Part shown: piece after piece, positions 42,412 through 53,892 of the stretch
How positions within the stretch are numbered: the stretch's first letter is position 1
Layout of the letters: each line of letters starts with the position of its first letter
Assembly: GCA_031556215.1 (NCBI GenBank)
Contig: JAVBTJ010000056.1
Span: 1 to 60,897, forward strand
Source of the DNA: Oxalobacter sp.
GTDB taxonomy: Bacteria > Pseudomonadota > Gammaproteobacteria > Burkholderiales > Burkholderiaceae_D
Direction of reading: 5' to 3'
DNA: 60,897 bases
Notes under the pieces: model-generated
What the model was told of the DNA's origin: nothing
Seen by the model: the letters and a program-made list of their open reading frames with translations, nothing else
Databases searched by the model: none
Program-made: the position numbers and the translations under genes

Positions 42412-45400
42412 ATGCCACCAGTTGAAGCACAACTTCGCCAAATCCTCTCAAAAAGAATCCTGATTCTGGATGGTGCCATGGGAACCATGATCCAGCGGTA
42501 TGGCCTGACGGAAGAGGATTACCGTGGCGGCCCCAATGGCCGCTTTGCCGATTTTGCCGCGCCGGAATCCGCACAGGGACGCGAGCTTTTTGTCCGCGGA
42601 AACAATGAACTGCTCTCACTGACGCAACCCCACATCATTTCCGCCATCCATGAAGAATATCTGGCAGCAGGCGCCGATGTGATTGAAACGAACACCTTCG
42701 GTGCAACCGCGGTTGCCCAGGATGATTACCATATGGCACATCTCGCTTACGAGATGAATGTGATATCGGCAAAAATCGCGCGCGAAGCCTGCGCGAAATT
42801 TTCCACCCCGGAAAACCCGCGCTTTGTCGCAGGCTCTATCGGCCCGACGCCAAAAACCGCTTCCATCTCGCCGGATGTGAATGATCCGGGCGCCCGCAAC
42901 ATCCATTTTGACGAGCTTGTCGAAGCTTATACAGAACAGGTACGAGGACTGGTTGAGGGCGGTGTTGACCTGCTTCTGGTTGAAACGGTCTTTGATACGC
43001 TCAACTGCAAGGCGGCGCTTTTCGCGATTGATACCTATTTTGAGGAAAACGGCAAAAAACTGCCCATCATGATTTCCGGCACGGTAACGGATGCCTCGGG
43101 ACGCATCCTGTCCGGGCAGACGGTTTCCGCCTTCTGGTATTCCGTCAGGCATGCCCGCCCGCTGACGATTGGGCTGAACTGCGCGCTGGGCGCTACGCTG
43201 ATGCGCCCTTATGTCGAGGAAATTTCCCGGATTGCGGATGCCTATATCTGCATCTACCCGAATGCCGGGCTGCCCAATCCGATGTGTGAAACCGGGTTTG
43301 ACGAATTGCCTGCGGATACCTCTGCCCTGCTGAAGGAATTTGCCGACAGCCGCCTGGTCAATATTGTCGGCGGCTGCTGCGGCACCACGCCGGATCATAT
43401 CCGCGCCATTGCCAATGCCGTTAGCGGGCTTCCTCCCCGCCCCTTGCCGGATATCCCGCCAGCCATGCGCCTGGCCGGGCTGGAACCCTTCGTCATTGAT
43501 GACCGTTCTCTTTTCGTCAATGTCGGCGAGCGCACCAATGTCACGGGCTCCAAGGCGTTTTCCCGCCTGATCCAGAATGCGGAATACGGACAGGCTCTTG
43601 CCGTTGCCCGCCAGCAGGTCGAAAACGGCGCGCAGATTATCGATATCAATATGGACGAAGCCATGCTGGATTCCGTGGCCGCCATGACCCGCTTCCTGAA
43701 CCTGATCGCCTCCGAACCAGATATCGCCCGCATTCCGGTTATGCTGGATTCTTCCAAATGGGAAGTCATCGAGGCAGGGCTGAAGTGCCTGCAGGGCAAA
43801 GCCATCGTCAACTCGATTTCGATGAAAGAAGGCGAGGCCGAATTCCTGCGCCAGGCCCGGCTTTGCCGCCGATATGGCGCCGCCGCCATTGTCATGGCCT
43901 TTGATGAAAAAGGGCAGGCCGATACGCTGGCGCGAAAAATTGAAATCTGCCAGCGCGCTTACAACCTGCTGGTAAAAGAGGTGGGCTTCCCGCCGGAAGA
44001 CATCATTTTTGACCCGAATATTAGTGCCGTTGCCACCGGCATTGAGGAACACAACAACTATGCCGTGGACTTCATCGAGGCGACGCGATGGATTCGCCAG
44101 AACCTGCCGCAGGCCAAGATCAGCGGCGGTGTCTCGAATGTCAGTTTCAGCCTGCGGGGCAATGATGCCGCCCGCGAAGCGATTCATACCGTCTTTTTGT
44201 ACCACGCGATTTCAGCGGGCATGACGATGGGCATCGTCAATGCAGGCATGATCGGCGTTTACGATGAAATCCCGGAAGCACTGCGCGAACGGGTTGAGGA
44301 TGTGGTACTCAACCGCCGCCCGGACGCGACCGAACGGCTGCTGGATGTCGCCAGCCAGTTCAGGGCCGGGGCAAAAAAAGAGGAAACCAACCAGGAATGG
44401 CGAAATGACCCCGTCCGCAAACGCCTGACACATGCCCTGATTCACGGCCAGACAGAATGGATTGGCAACGATACGGAAGAAGTGCTTCACGAGATACTGG
44501 AAAGCGGCGGCCAGCCCATCCAGGTCATTGAAGGCCCGCTGATGGATGGCATGAACGCGGTTGGCGATCTTTTCGGGCAGGGAAAAATGTTTTTGCCCCA
44601 AGTGGTCAAATCCGCCCGTGTCATGAAGGAAGCCGTTGCCCATCTGGTTCCTTATATCGAGGAAGAAAAACGTCGTTCCGGCGATGCCGGCTCAAAAGGA
44701 AAAATCCTGATCGCCACGGTCAAAGGCGATGTGCATGACATTGGCAAGAATATTGTGGCGGTTGTCCTCCAGTGCAACAATTTTGACGTGGAAAACATGG
44801 GCGTCATGGTGCCCTGCGCTGAAATTCTCGCCAAAGCCAAAGAAGTCCAGGCCGATATCATCGGCCTTTCCGGCCTGATTACCCCCTCCCTTGAGGAAAT
44901 GGCTTATGTCGCCAGCGAAATGCAGCGGGACGCGTATTTCCGCTCACGAAAAATACCGCTCCTGATCGGCGGCGCGACAACCAGCCGCGTGCATACGGCT
45001 GTCAAAATCGCGCCGAACTATGATGGCCCGGTTATCTATGTCCCGGATGCCTCCCGCACAGTTACCGTCGCCCAGGCACTGCTGGGAACGGAAAAAGAAG
45101 CCTGGCTGCGGGAACTGAAGGCGGATTATGAGCGCGTCCGGCGCCTGCATGCGGAGAAAAAGCCGCTTGACCTGATTCCGATTGAAACGGCAAGGGACAA
45201 CAAGGCAAAGCTGTCTTTCGGGGACAGCCATGCCCCGGCCAGGCCACGCTACATTGGCCAGCGATTCCTCAAAAACGTCGATCTGGCAACCATTGCCGGT
45301 TATATCGACTGGGGGCCTTTCTTCCATGTCTGGGATCTGCACGGCAGCTACCCGGCCATTTTGAGCGACCCGGTTCACGGCGAAACCGCCAGCAAGGTTT

Positions 45401-46155
45401 TTTCAGAAGCCAAAGACATGCTGAAAAAACTGATCGAAGGCCAATGGCTGACAGCGCACGCCTCCCTTGCTCTCATGCCTGCCAACAGCGTGAATGACGA
45501 CGACATTGCCATTTACACGGACGACTCCCGTTCCGAAATCGCCTTCACCTGGCATGGCGTCCGCCAGCAGACAGAACGTCCGGTCGTTGACGGAAAACAA
45601 CGCCCCAACCAATGCCTTTCCGACTTCATTGCCCCCAGGGAAAGCGGCATTGCCGACTATATCGGCCTCTTTGCCGTCACAACTGGCCTGGGCATTGAAA
45701 AACAGCTGGAACGCTTTGACAAGGCACTGGATGATTACAGCGGCATCATGCTCAAGGCACTGGCCGACAGGCTTGTCGAGGCATTGTCGGAGTACCTGCA
45801 CGAACGGGTAAGGAAAGACCTGTGGGGATACGTCCCGAACGAACAGCTTTCCTGCGAAGCGCTTCAGCGGGAAGCCTACCAGGGCATCCGCCCGGCGCCC
45901 GGCTATCCGGCCTGTCCCGAGCACACGGTGAAAAAGGATCTTTTCCGAATACTGAAATGCGGCGAAATCGGCATGTCCTTGACAGAATCCTACGCGATGG
46001 CGCCTGCATCATCCATATCGGGCTTTTACTTTGCCCACCCGGATGCACACTATTTCAGTGTCGGCCGAATCGACAGCGACCAGGTTCTTGATATGGCAAA
46101 ACGCCGCAAGGTTGAAATGGCGCAAGTCGCATCCTGGCTGTCCCCGATTCTCTGA
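42412..46155 (+). CDS. metH: Cobalamin-dependent methionine synthase
   Basis: [26 protein letters not shown]12 motif GDVHDIG and [10 protein letters not shown]. Start is 42412 (behind GGAG) or 42397. Confidence 0.98.
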   Translation: MPPVEAQLRQILSKRILILDGAMGTMIQRYGLTEEDYRGGPNGRFADFAAPESAQGRELFVRGNNELLSLTQPHIISAIHEEYLAAGADVIETNTFGATAVAQDDYHMAHLAYEMNVISAKIAREACAKFSTPENPRFVAGSIGPTPKTASISPDVNDPGARNIHFDELVEAYTEQVRGLVEGGVDLLLVETVFDTLNCKAALFAIDTYFEENGKKLPIMISGTVTDASGRILSGQTVSAFWYSVRHARPLTIGLNCALGATLMRPYVEEISRIADAYICIYPNAGLPNPMCETGFDELPADTSALLKEFADSRLVNIVGGCCGTTPDHIRAIANAVSGLPPRPLPDIPPAMRLAGLEPFVIDDRSLFVNVGERTNVTGSKAFSRLIQNAEYGQALAVARQQVENGAQIIDINMDEAMLDSVAAMTRFLNLIASEPDIARIPVMLDSSKWEVIEAGLKCLQGKAIVNSISMKEGEAEFLRQARLCRRYGAAAIVMAFDEKGQADTLARKIEICQRAYNLLVKEVGFPPEDIIFDPNISAVATGIEEHNNYAVDFIEATRWIRQNLPQAKISGGVSNVSFSLRGNDAAREAIHTVFLYHAISAGMTMGIVNAGMIGVYDEIPEALRERVEDVVLNRRPDATERLLDVASQFRAGAKKEETNQEWRNDPVRKRLTHALIHGQTEWIGNDTEEVLHEILESGGQPIQVIEGPLMDGMNAVGDLFGQGKMFLPQVVKSARVMKEAVAHLVPYIEEEKRRSGDAGSKGKILIATVKGDVHDIGKNIVAVVLQCNNFDVENMGVMVPCAEILAKAKEVQADIIGLSGLITPSLEEMAYVASEMQRDAYFRSRKIPLLIGGATTSRVHTAVKIAPNYDGPVIYVPDASRTVTVAQALLGTEKEAWLRELKADYERVRRLHAEKKPLDLIPIETARDNKAKLSFGDSHAPARPRYIGQRFLKNVDLATIAGYIDWGPFFHVWDLHGSYPAILSDPVHGETASKVFSEAKDMLKKLIEGQWLTAHASLALMPANSVNDDDIAIYTDDSRSEIAFTWHGVRQQTERPVVDGKQRPNQCLSDFIAPRESGIADYIGLFAVTTGLGIEKQLERFDKALDDYSGIMLKALADRLVEALSEYLHERVRKDLWGYVPNEQLSCEALQREAYQGIRPAPGYPACPEHTVKKDLFRILKCGEIGMSLTESYAMAPASSISGFYFAHPDAHYFSVGRIDSDQVLDMAKRRKVEMAQVASWLSPIL

Positions 46156-46188
46156 CCCTCCCTGCAGCCCGACAGAAAGGCGGTTTCC

Positions 46189-48009
46189 ATGACAAATGCG
46201 ATTTACTACACCATTACACCGCACGATCCGGCCGGGCATCTTTTCAGGGTAACGCTCACCGTTTCTTCTCCTGATCCGGACGGGCAGCGTTTTGTCCTGC
46301 CTGCGTGGATTCCCGGCAGTTACATGATCCGTGAATTCGCCCGGAACATCGTGCAGATTCGCGCGACAAACGGCCAGCAGGAAGTCTCCCTGGAAAAACA
46401 GGACAAGCATACCTGGCAAGCCGCCCGTGGAAACCAGCCCCTGACGCTGGAATATGATATCTACGCGTGGGATCTGTCTGTCAGAAGCGCCCACCTGGAT
46501 CAGACACATGGCTTTTTCAACGGCTCAAGCGTTTTCCTGCGCGTCATCGGCAAAGAACACCTGCCGCACATCGTCGATATCAGGAAACCGGACGACCTGG
46601 CGTACACCGGCTGGCGTGTTGCCACCTCCCTGCCGGAAAAGGGCGCCAAACGCCATGAATTCGGCACTTACCTCGCCAGCGGGTATGACGAACTGATTGA
46701 CCATCCGGTTGAAATGGGGACTTTCTCCCTTGCCGTTTTTGAAGCGCAGGGCATTCCGCATGAAATCGCCATTACCGGACGGATTCCCAACCTGGACATG
46801 GATCGTATCGTTTCCGACCTGACCCGCATCTGTGAAGCCCAGATCCGCTTTTTTGAACCGGAAACCCAGAAACCACCCATGAGCCGCTACGTCTTTTTGG
46901 TCACCGCCGTTGGCAATGGCTATGGCGGACTGGAACACCGTGCCTCAACCGCCCTGATCTGTTCCCGCAACGACTTGCCCGCAAAAGCCGTCACTTCCGA
47001 ACCGGCCGCCATGCGGGAGGGATACAAGAATTTCCTCGGGCTTTGCAGCCATGAATACTTTCATACTTGGCACGTCAAACGAATCCGGCCTGCCGTTTTC
47101 GCGCCCTATGACCTGCAAAATGAAGCCTATACCCGCCTCCTGTGGCTTTTTGAAGGATTCACCAATTATTACGACGACCTGATGATGGTACGAAGCGGCC
47201 TCATTGATGTAAGCACTTACTTACAGGGAATCGCAAAAACCATCAATGGCGTCAAACGCGGCATGGGCCGAAAAAAGCAAAGCGTTGCCGAGGCCAGCTT
47301 TGATGCCTGGATCAAGTTTTACCGGCAGGATGAAAACGCCACCAATTCGCAGGTCAACTATTACACCAAAGGTTCCCTGGTTGCCCTGGCGCTGGATCTG
47401 GCTATCCGCATCCGAACCAACGGCGAAAAATCGCTTGATGACGGGATGCGGCTTTTGTGGCAGCGTTACGGGCACAACCATGAACCGGAATCGGTGGAAA
47501 AAGGATTGCGTGAAGCCGAAGCGGAAATGCTTCTGGAAGAAGCAACCGGGCTGGATCTGAAAGATTTCTTCCGCCGTTATGTGCACGGTACGGAAGAACT
47601 GGCACTGGGCCACCTTTTTGAACATTTTGGCGTCAGCGAAACACAGCCTGCCAAAAAGCCGAAAAACAGCCTGAATATCCGTGCCGTGCGAGCCGGTAAC
47701 GATTGCAAGATCGTCAATGTCTATGAAGGCGGGGCGGCGCATGATGCCGGACTGTCCGCCGGCGACTTGCTGGTGGCCATTGACGGCATCCGGATTCCCA
47801 CCGAATCTTCCGGGCTGGACAACCTCCTGTCCCGGTACCTGGTTGGCGATACGGTCATCCTCCACGCCTTCCGCCGGGATGAACTGATGGTTTTTTCGGC
47901 CGTGCTTGCGGCCGATGACACCCCGCAATATGCCCTGGCACTTTCGGCAGACCAGACTCCTGCCACCGTTGAGGCCCGGCGGTCATGGCTGAAATGGGAA
48001 GATACCTGA
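46189..48009 (+). CDS. M61-family metallo-aminopeptidase with C-terminal PDZ domain
   Basis: PAWIPGSY, GGLEH, zinc motif HEYFH, WLFEG and YYTKG; PDZ 'AHDAGLSAGDLLVAIDG'. Confidence 0.93.
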   Translation: MTNAIYYTITPHDPAGHLFRVTLTVSSPDPDGQRFVLPAWIPGSYMIREFARNIVQIRATNGQQEVSLEKQDKHTWQAARGNQPLTLEYDIYAWDLSVRSAHLDQTHGFFNGSSVFLRVIGKEHLPHIVDIRKPDDLAYTGWRVATSLPEKGAKRHEFGTYLASGYDELIDHPVEMGTFSLAVFEAQGIPHEIAITGRIPNLDMDRIVSDLTRICEAQIRFFEPETQKPPMSRYVFLVTAVGNGYGGLEHRASTALICSRNDLPAKAVTSEPAAMREGYKNFLGLCSHEYFHTWHVKRIRPAVFAPYDLQNEAYTRLLWLFEGFTNYYDDLMMVRSGLIDVSTYLQGIAKTINGVKRGMGRKKQSVAEASFDAWIKFYRQDENATNSQVNYYTKGSLVALALDLAIRIRTNGEKSLDDGMRLLWQRYGHNHEPESVEKGLREAEAEMLLEEATGLDLKDFFRRYVHGTEELALGHLFEHFGVSETQPAKKPKNSLNIRAVRAGNDCKIVNVYEGGAAHDAGLSAGDLLVAIDGIRIPTESSGLDNLLSRYLVGDTVILHAFRRDELMVFSAVLAADDTPQYALALSADQTPATVEARRSWLKWEDT

Positions 48010-48819
48010 TTACAACGCCGCCTCAAACAACCGGGCAAGCTCTTTTCCCGGATCGGCGGCCCGCATGAAGGCTTCGCCAACAAGGAACGCATGCACATCC
48101 GCATCACGCATGCGCATTACATCTTCCTGTCCAAGAATACCGGATTCTGTGACGACAAGCCGCCCCCTGGGGACATGAGGAAGCAGATCCAGCGTATTTT
48201 GCAGGGATGTCTCAAAGGTACGCAGATTGCGGTTGTTGATACCCAAAAGCGGCGTTTTCAGTTGCAGGGCACGATCAAGCTCATGCGCATCATGCACCTC
48301 CAGAAGAACATCCATGCCAAGCTCGGATGCACAGGCTTCCAGTTCCAGCATCAACCCCTGGTCAAGCGCCGCCACAATCAGGAGAATGCAGTCTGCCCGC
48401 CAGAGACGGGCCTCGTACACCTGGTAAAAATCAATCATGAAATCCTTGCGCAAGACCGGCAAATCGCAGGCCTTCCGGGCGCGCGGCAAATACTCGGGCG
48501 CCCCCTGGAAAAAAACCTTGTCAGTAAGTACTGACAAACAGGCCGCACCGTGCTCCGCATAGCTTTCGGCAATCTGCTCCGGGTAAAACGGGTCGCGGAT
48601 CACCCCCTTTGACGGGGAGGCTTTTTTGATTTCCGCGATAACGCCCGCCTTTTTCCGGCGGACGCGTGAACGCAGTGCCTTTTCAAACCCACGCAAATCC
48701 CGCCTGATTTCCGCATCCGTCTCGACCTCTTCCCTCAGGCTGGTCAATGGCCGGTATTTTTTCGCCGCGCTGACCTCGTCCTGTTTGACCGCAAGTATTT
48801 TCTTCAGGATATCCGACAT
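48010..48819 (-). CDS. trpC: Indole-3-glycerol phosphate synthase
   Basis: [30 protein letters not shown] and ESGI; start at ATG 48819. Confidence 0.97.
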   Translation of the reverse strand: MSDILKKILAVKQDEVSAAKKYRPLTSLREEVETDAEIRRDLRGFEKALRSRVRRKKAGVIAEIKKASPSKGVIRDPFYPEQIAESYAEHGAACLSVLTDKVFFQGAPEYLPRARKACDLPVLRKDFMIDFYQVYEARLWRADCILLIVAALDQGLMLELEACASELGMDVLLEVHDAHELDRALQLKTPLLGINNRNLRTFETSLQNTLDLLPHVPRGRLVVTESGILGQEDVMRMRDADVHAFLVGEAFMRAADPGKELARLFEAAL

Positions 48820-48833
48820 CTTTTTCTCCCTTA

Positions 48834-49865
48834 TCAATTCATACCGGTTCGGGTAAAAGCAACAAATTCCTCCAGCTTGGCAAGCGCCGCCCCGGAAGCA
48901 ATCGCCTCACGCGCCATGACCAGGCCGTCTGCAATGGCATCGACCTTGTTGGCCGCATAAAGCGCAGTTGCCGCATTCAGGGCAATGATATCGGTTGCCG
49001 GGCCACCCTTGTTTGCCAGTCCTTCCAGAACCCGCTGCTTCGAGTCCTCGGCATCGCAGACTTCAAAATTCCGGCTGGCGTACATGCGAAGGCCAAAATC
49101 TTCCGGATGGATATCATATTCACGAACCTGCCCGTCAGAAAGCTCGCCAACCAGGGTGCTCGCCCCAAGCGAAACTTCATCCAGATTATCGCGCCCCCAG
49201 ACAACCAGCGCGCGCTTGACCCCCATTTTCTGCAAAACGCGAACCTGGATACCGACAAGATCCGGGTGGAAAACGCCCATCAGCACATTTTCGGCATAAG
49301 CCGGGTTGGTCAGCGGCCCCAGAATATTGAAAATCGTGCGCACGCCCAGTTCCTGCCGCACTACCCTTGCATGCTTCATCGCCGAATGATGGTTTGGCGC
49401 ATACATAAAACCGATGCCGGTCTTTTCAATCGATTCGGCAATTTTTTCCGGCGGGAGATTGATATTGACGTCAAGCGCTTCCAGCAGATCCGCGCTGCCC
49501 GATGAGGATGAAACACTGCGCCCGCCATGCTTGGCAACCCGCACGCCACAGGCCGCCGCAACAAACATGGCGGCAGTGGAAATATTGAAGGTATGCGCTC
49601 CGTCTCCGCCGGTGCCGACAATATCCAGCAGATTGCCGGTATCCGGCACCTCGACCTTGACGGAAAATTCCCTCAGGGCCTGCGCTGCAGCAGCGATTTC
49701 GCCCACCGTCTCCTTTTTCACGCGCAACCCCATTGTCAGGGCCGCCACCATCAGCGGCGACATCTCGCCACTCATGATCCGGCGAAAAAGGAACAGCATT
49801 TCATCATGAAAAATCTCGCGGTGATCAATGCACCGCACCAATGCTTCCTGAGGCGTAATAGACAT
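48834..49865 (-). CDS. trpD: Anthranilate phosphoribosyltransferase
   Basis: [24 protein letters not shown] and [13 protein letters not shown]. Confidence 0.97.
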   Translation of the reverse strand: MSITPQEALVRCIDHREIFHDEMLFLFRRIMSGEMSPLMVAALTMGLRVKKETVGEIAAAAQALREFSVKVEVPDTGNLLDIVGTGGDGAHTFNISTAAMFVAAACGVRVAKHGGRSVSSSSGSADLLEALDVNINLPPEKIAESIEKTGIGFMYAPNHHSAMKHARVVRQELGVRTIFNILGPLTNPAYAENVLMGVFHPDLVGIQVRVLQKMGVKRALVVWGRDNLDEVSLGASTLVGELSDGQVREYDIHPEDFGLRMYASRNFEVCDAEDSKQRVLEGLANKGGPATDIIALNAATALYAANKVDAIADGLVMAREAIASGAALAKLEEFVAFTRTGMN

Positions 49866-49883
49866 AATCAGTATCCTAAAAAA

Positions 49884-50447
49884 TTATTTTGTCAGGAAAT
49901 TTCGGAACAGCGCGTGCCCGGCTTCCGACAGGATGGATTCCGGATGGAATTGCACGCCTTCCACGGGCAAGGTTTTGTGACGCACCCCCATGATCTCGCC
50001 ATCATCGGCCCAGGCCGTCACCTCAAGACAGTCGGGAAGTGTCTCCCGCTCAATGGCAAGGGAGTGATAGCGGGTAATCGTCAGGGGATTGGGCAAATCC
50101 CGGAACACGCCGGTATTGGCGTGGGTAATGCGGGAAACCTTGCCGTGCATGACCTGCCGGGCATGCACAACCCGGCCGCCAAACGCCTCGCCAATGGCCT
50201 GGTGCCCGAGGCAAACGCCTAAAATGGGAATCACGCCGGAAAACTGTTTCAGCACATCAAGGGAAATCCCCGCGCTGTCCGGTGCGCCCGGGCCAGGGGA
50301 AATGCAGATTCTGTCCGGTTTGATCCGGGTTATCTCGTCTGCTGTAATCGCGTCATTACGGTAAACCGCGACCGTTTCACCCAGTTCGCCAAAATACTGC
50401 ACCAGGTTATAAGTGAATGAGTCGTAATTATCTATCATCAGCAACAT
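49884..50447 (-). CDS. trpG: Anthranilate/aminodeoxychorismate synthase component II (glutamine amidotransferase)
   Basis: [29 protein letters not shown] and QFHPES; start at ATG 50447 behind GGAG. Confidence 0.95.
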   Translation of the reverse strand: MLLMIDNYDSFTYNLVQYFGELGETVAVYRNDAITADEITRIKPDRICISPGPGAPDSAGISLDVLKQFSGVIPILGVCLGHQAIGEAFGGRVVHARQVMHGKVSRITHANTGVFRDLPNPLTITRYHSLAIERETLPDCLEVTAWADDGEIMGVRHKTLPVEGVQFHPESILSEAGHALFRNFLTK

Positions 50448-50585
50448 GAGCCGCTCCATGAATTTTTCGGGAAGCGCAAACTTCCACAAGGCAGTCGGAT
50501 TTTGAATTGGCTGCACACGCGTCAATACGCAGGCAGAAAATCAAAGACAGGGATTTTTTACGCGCCCGCAGGGCGCAAAGTATCG

Positions 50586-50642
50586 TCAGGCAGTTGGCTT
50601 ACGCCAGCGCTGAGAAAGGGGTGATGTCGCGAATTGATTCAT
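50586..50642 (-). promoter_or_regulatory. Putative trp leader peptide MNQFATSPLSQRWRKPTA
   Basis: An 18-codon ORF with an R-W-R cluster, lying between a sigma70-like promoter and trpG and followed by a GC hairpin. Confidence 0.55.
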
Positions 50643-50658
50643 CTTGACCATGAAGCAT

Positions 50659-50688
50659 ATTATATACACCATCTGAAAATATTCGCAA
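50659..50688 (-). promoter_or_regulatory. Putative sigma70 promoter for leader-trpGDC
   Basis: TTGCGA-18 nt-TATAAT on the minus strand. Confidence 0.55.
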
Positions 50689-50722
50689 GCGGGTCAAAAT
50701 TTGTTGTATCGGCAACCTGGAA

Positions 50723-50908
50723 TCAGGGCATGTCGTTTTCTTCGCTGTGTTCCGTCTGGCCGACAACCGGAACCGTGTATTTTTCCTCTGCCCATGCCCC
50801 CAGGTCAATCTGCTTGCAACGCAACGAACAAAACGGGCGGTACATGTTTTTTTCCACCCATTCCACCTCGGCATTGCAGACCGGGCACCTTACTTTGGCC
50901 ATCGTCAT
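50723..50908 (-). CDS. yacG: DNA gyrase inhibitor YacG
   Basis: CPVC...RPFCSLRCKQIDLGAW; coaE-zapD-yacG order. Confidence 0.95.
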   Translation of the reverse strand: MTMAKVRCPVCNAEVEWVEKNMYRPFCSLRCKQIDLGAWAEEKYTVPVVGQTEHSEENDMP

Positions 50909-50909
50909 G

Positions 50910-51659
50910 TCAGCACAGGGTCAGTTCAAAAGGAATATCGCTGTCAATCGGCCTGGGTTTCATGTCGCCATCCTGCGAGGTAAAACGAACCCACAGCATG
51001 TACTTGTTGGCAGACGCCTCGGGAATCGCGTTGAGCGCCGAATTCAGGCTGAGGCGCAGCATCTGGTAGGTTTTGCCCTGCAGCATCTGCTGGTAACTGC
51101 CGGACTCCGCCACCATCGTCATCTGGGTGCCGGAATCACGCAAAAGACGCAGCACCATGCTGATGGCATTGAGCAACGGCGTCAGGGGGGAAAACCAGCT
51201 TTCGATATCCGAGCGCCGTTTCTCTGTCGGTTTTTTCTGCCAGGCATAATAGGACGGCAAGTCAAATTCGCAGGCGCCGCCCGGAATAATCGTGCGGCCA
51301 CGGATACTCATCAGCCACTCGTTTTCCCGTATCGTCTGGCCGGTCTTTCCCTGTGAATTGAGCAGCGCACTGCTGACCTGCTCAATCTCGGAAAGAACGG
51401 AATCCAGCACTTTTGCCTGGACATTGGGATGGGCGCGGTATCCGGTCAGTATCTGCTTTTGCCGTTCCAGTTCCTGAAGCAGATCCGATTTCAGGTCGGC
51501 CCTGCCAGTCACTTCCAGCATTTCAAATATGGTTGATAGCGCAATATGGTGCGGCAGGGAATGATCCTGGGCGAGGAAATACTGGAAGCGCTCGTACAAA
51601 TCTTCCAGACGCAACAACGTACGTATCCGTTCGTTGAAAGGATATTCGTAAATGATCAA
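50910..51659 (-). CDS. zapD: Cell division protein ZapD
   Basis: [16 protein letters not shown] and [11 protein letters not shown]. Confidence 0.96.
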   Translation of the reverse strand: MIIYEYPFNERIRTLLRLEDLYERFQYFLAQDHSLPHHIALSTIFEMLEVTGRADLKSDLLQELERQKQILTGYRAHPNVQAKVLDSVLSEIEQVSSALLNSQGKTGQTIRENEWLMSIRGRTIIPGGACEFDLPSYYAWQKKPTEKRRSDIESWFSPLTPLLNAISMVLRLLRDSGTQMTMVAESGSYQQMLQGKTYQMLRLSLNSALNAIPEASANKYMLWVRFTSQDGDMKPRPIDSDIPFELTLC

Positions 51660-51722
51660 AATAAGCCCTTTTCTTTAAGCCTTCCCAACATCTTATGATT
51701 TTGAACGATCAAGGATCAAAAT

Positions 51723-52382
51723 TCAATTTAAATCTTGTCCGGCAAGCCTGTTTTCCGCAATTTTCCGGTATTTTTTATCCAGGCTTGCCACCACGGCAGA
51801 CAGTTTTTCCACCCCGTCGTCATTGAGGATCACATCATCCGCAATTGCCTTGCGCTCTGCCCGCGTCGCCTGCGTTGCCATAATGGACTCCACCTGTTCT
51901 CGGCGCATATTGCTGCGTGCCATCACCCGCTGGATCTGCAACTCCTCGGGACAGTCCACAACCAGGACATAGCTGGCGATACCCTGCCATATCGACTGCT
52001 CCGTCAGAAGCGGGATGACAAAAACAAGGTAATCCCGATCCAGTTGCGCAGCCTCATCAACCGCCTCCTGCAGGATCATCGGATGCAGGATGTTTTCCAG
52101 CCGCTTTCTGGCGGAAGGATCCTGAAAAACAAGCACCCGCATCCTGGCCCTGTCCAGGGAGCCGTCCTCACTGACAAACTCATCCCCGAACTCACGGCGA
52201 ATCACGGCCATTGCGCGTCCCCCCGGCGCCGTCAGCTTATGGGCGATATCGTCCATATCCACGATACCCGCGCCATGTTCGGCAAACAGTTTTGCAACGG
52301 TGGATTTCCCGCTGCCGATCCCGCCTGTCAGTCCAAGCGAAAAAAGAGGGGAACGAGAAACGTAACGGCCTGGCATAAGCAT
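51723..52382 (-). CDS. coaE: Dephospho-CoA kinase
   Basis: GLTGGIGSGKST, LDRARMR and LENILHP; start is 52382 or 52376. Confidence 0.96.
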   Translation of the reverse strand: MLMPGRYVSRSPLFSLGLTGGIGSGKSTVAKLFAEHGAGIVDMDDIAHKLTAPGGRAMAVIRREFGDEFVSEDGSLDRARMRVLVFQDPSARKRLENILHPMILQEAVDEAAQLDRDYLVFVIPLLTEQSIWQGIASYVLVVDCPEELQIQRVMARSNMRREQVESIMATQATRAERKAIADDVILNDDGVEKLSAVVASLDKKYRKIAENRLAGQDLN

Positions 52383-52512
52383 CCTGTGTAAGTCATCCTG
52401 TCATGGAGAAAACGGAAACGCGGCACATCCTGCCACGTTACTTTTATTTACCTTTCCGGAAATTATAACGCCAGGCAAACCCGGCAGACGACCTTTGTTG
52501 AGGTGCGGCGCC

Positions 52513-53088
52513 CTAAATCAGGAGCAACCCGATTTGCGACGGCAAGTCTTCTGTGAGGTTCACCTTGAATCCGGTTTTGGCATACCGCTGCCAGCGCCCG
52601 GATACAAAAGCGACAAGAATCCCGGCACGAATCCCGGCCTCCTCTTCTTTTCCATATCCCTGCGCAACGGCCACACGCAAGCTCTGGCGAAAAGCCAGTT
52701 CGATCCGGTCATAAAACCGGTTCATCCTGGACTGCAGCCGCTCGTCTTCATTCGCCAGCGCATCGCCTGTCAGGACTCGCGTCATTCCCGGATTACGCTC
52801 GGCAAAATTCAGGAGCATGATGATGATGGCCCGCGCCTGCGACAACCCGCTTTCCTCCTGTTGCGCGATCTGGTTGACCAGCCCGAAAACGGTGGCTTCA
52901 ATAAACTCGATCAGCCCCTCAAACATCTGGGCCTTGCTGGCAAAATGCCGGTAAAGCGCGGCCTCGGAAAGGGACAAGCGGCGCGCCAGTGCCGCCGTGG
53001 TTATTTTTTCGCTTTGTGGCTGCTCAAGCATTTGCGCCAATGCCTGAAGTATCTGCAGTTTGCGTTCACCTGTTTTGGCTGATGACAT
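52513..53088 (-). CDS. slmA: Nucleoid occlusion factor SlmA (TetR family)
   Basis: KITTAALA...SEAALYRHFASKAQMFEGLIEFIE and NPGMTRVLTGDAL. Confidence 0.95.
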   Translation of the reverse strand: MSSAKTGERKLQILQALAQMLEQPQSEKITTAALARRLSLSEAALYRHFASKAQMFEGLIEFIEATVFGLVNQIAQQEESGLSQARAIIIMLLNFAERNPGMTRVLTGDALANEDERLQSRMNRFYDRIELAFRQSLRVAVAQGYGKEEEAGIRAGILVAFVSGRWQRYAKTGFKVNLTEDLPSQIGLLLI

Positions 53089-53114
53089 AAAAATTCCAGA
53101 AAACGGATAAAAAA

Positions 53115-53831
53115 CTATCTGAACTTTTTCAGATAAGCGGGCAGTTGCCGGATGGATTGTACTTTCACATCCACAAAAACGGGACGATTCTGCTGGCCTT
53201 TTCTTTTCTGCTGGGGCGTTGCATGTCCGGAAAAACGGTCCCGTCCGGTATATCGGGTAATCAGGGCCGTGCGCATTCCTACCGCCCGGCCGGCCTTTAA
53301 TGAAGCCTCACTGTCTTCCACCAGCACACATTGGGAAGGGCTGGTCTTTTCCGAAATCACGATCTTGCGGAATAATTTTCTGGATGGCTTGGGTAAAAGC
53401 TGCCCGTGAACCTGCATCGATTCGATGGAAACATGCCGGGCAAAATACCGATGCAATCCGAGATGCCGCAATACGTCACGGGAATAACCGTAAGCAGAAT
53501 TGGTCAAAAGGATCTTTTTGCCCGGAAGACGCCGCATCAAGCGCTTCAGGCCGCGCTCGGCCCGGATCATTAGAGACAGATCCCCCAGATCATGCGATGC
53601 CTCGAGAAATTCTTTCGGCTTCACGCCATGATGCCGGATCATGCCCAGTATGGTTGCACCATACCGTTTCCAGTACGAAAGGCGAATCGCATTGGCTGAC
53701 TCCGGCGAAACCGGCTCTCCCGGCTTTTTTGTCCGCTCGGCAATAAACGCATTCATATTGGCCGTAATAGCAGGAAAAACCGCATGGGATGCATCATGCA
53801 GTGTATTGTCCAGATCAAATATCCAGATCAT
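53115..53831 (-). CDS. Pyrimidine 5'-nucleotidase, HAD superfamily
   Basis: FDLDNTL, YGAT, LTNS, PKP and VED; upstream of slmA as in other Burkholderiales. Confidence 0.85.
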   Translation of the reverse strand: MIWIFDLDNTLHDASHAVFPAITANMNAFIAERTKKPGEPVSPESANAIRLSYWKRYGATILGMIRHHGVKPKEFLEASHDLGDLSLMIRAERGLKRLMRRLPGKKILLTNSAYGYSRDVLRHLGLHRYFARHVSIESMQVHGQLLPKPSRKLFRKIVISEKTSPSQCVLVEDSEASLKAGRAVGMRTALITRYTGRDRFSGHATPQQKRKGQQNRPVFVDVKVQSIRQLPAYLKKFR

Positions 53832-53853
53832 TTTGTCTCTGTTGCTTTCCCGT

Positions 53854-53881
53854 AAAAAAGGCCCGTATTTACGAGCCTTTT
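53854..53881 (-). terminator. Intrinsic terminator after yidC
   Basis: On the minus strand: AAAGGCTCGT-aaat-ACGGGCCTTTTTT. Confidence 0.75.
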
Positions 53882-53892
53882 CCTGATTTGAC

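Noticed and set aside
42616-44205. 529-aa minus-strand ORF
   Set aside because: Entirely antisense to metH with no recognisable motifs; a typical shadow ORF of a codon-biased gene.
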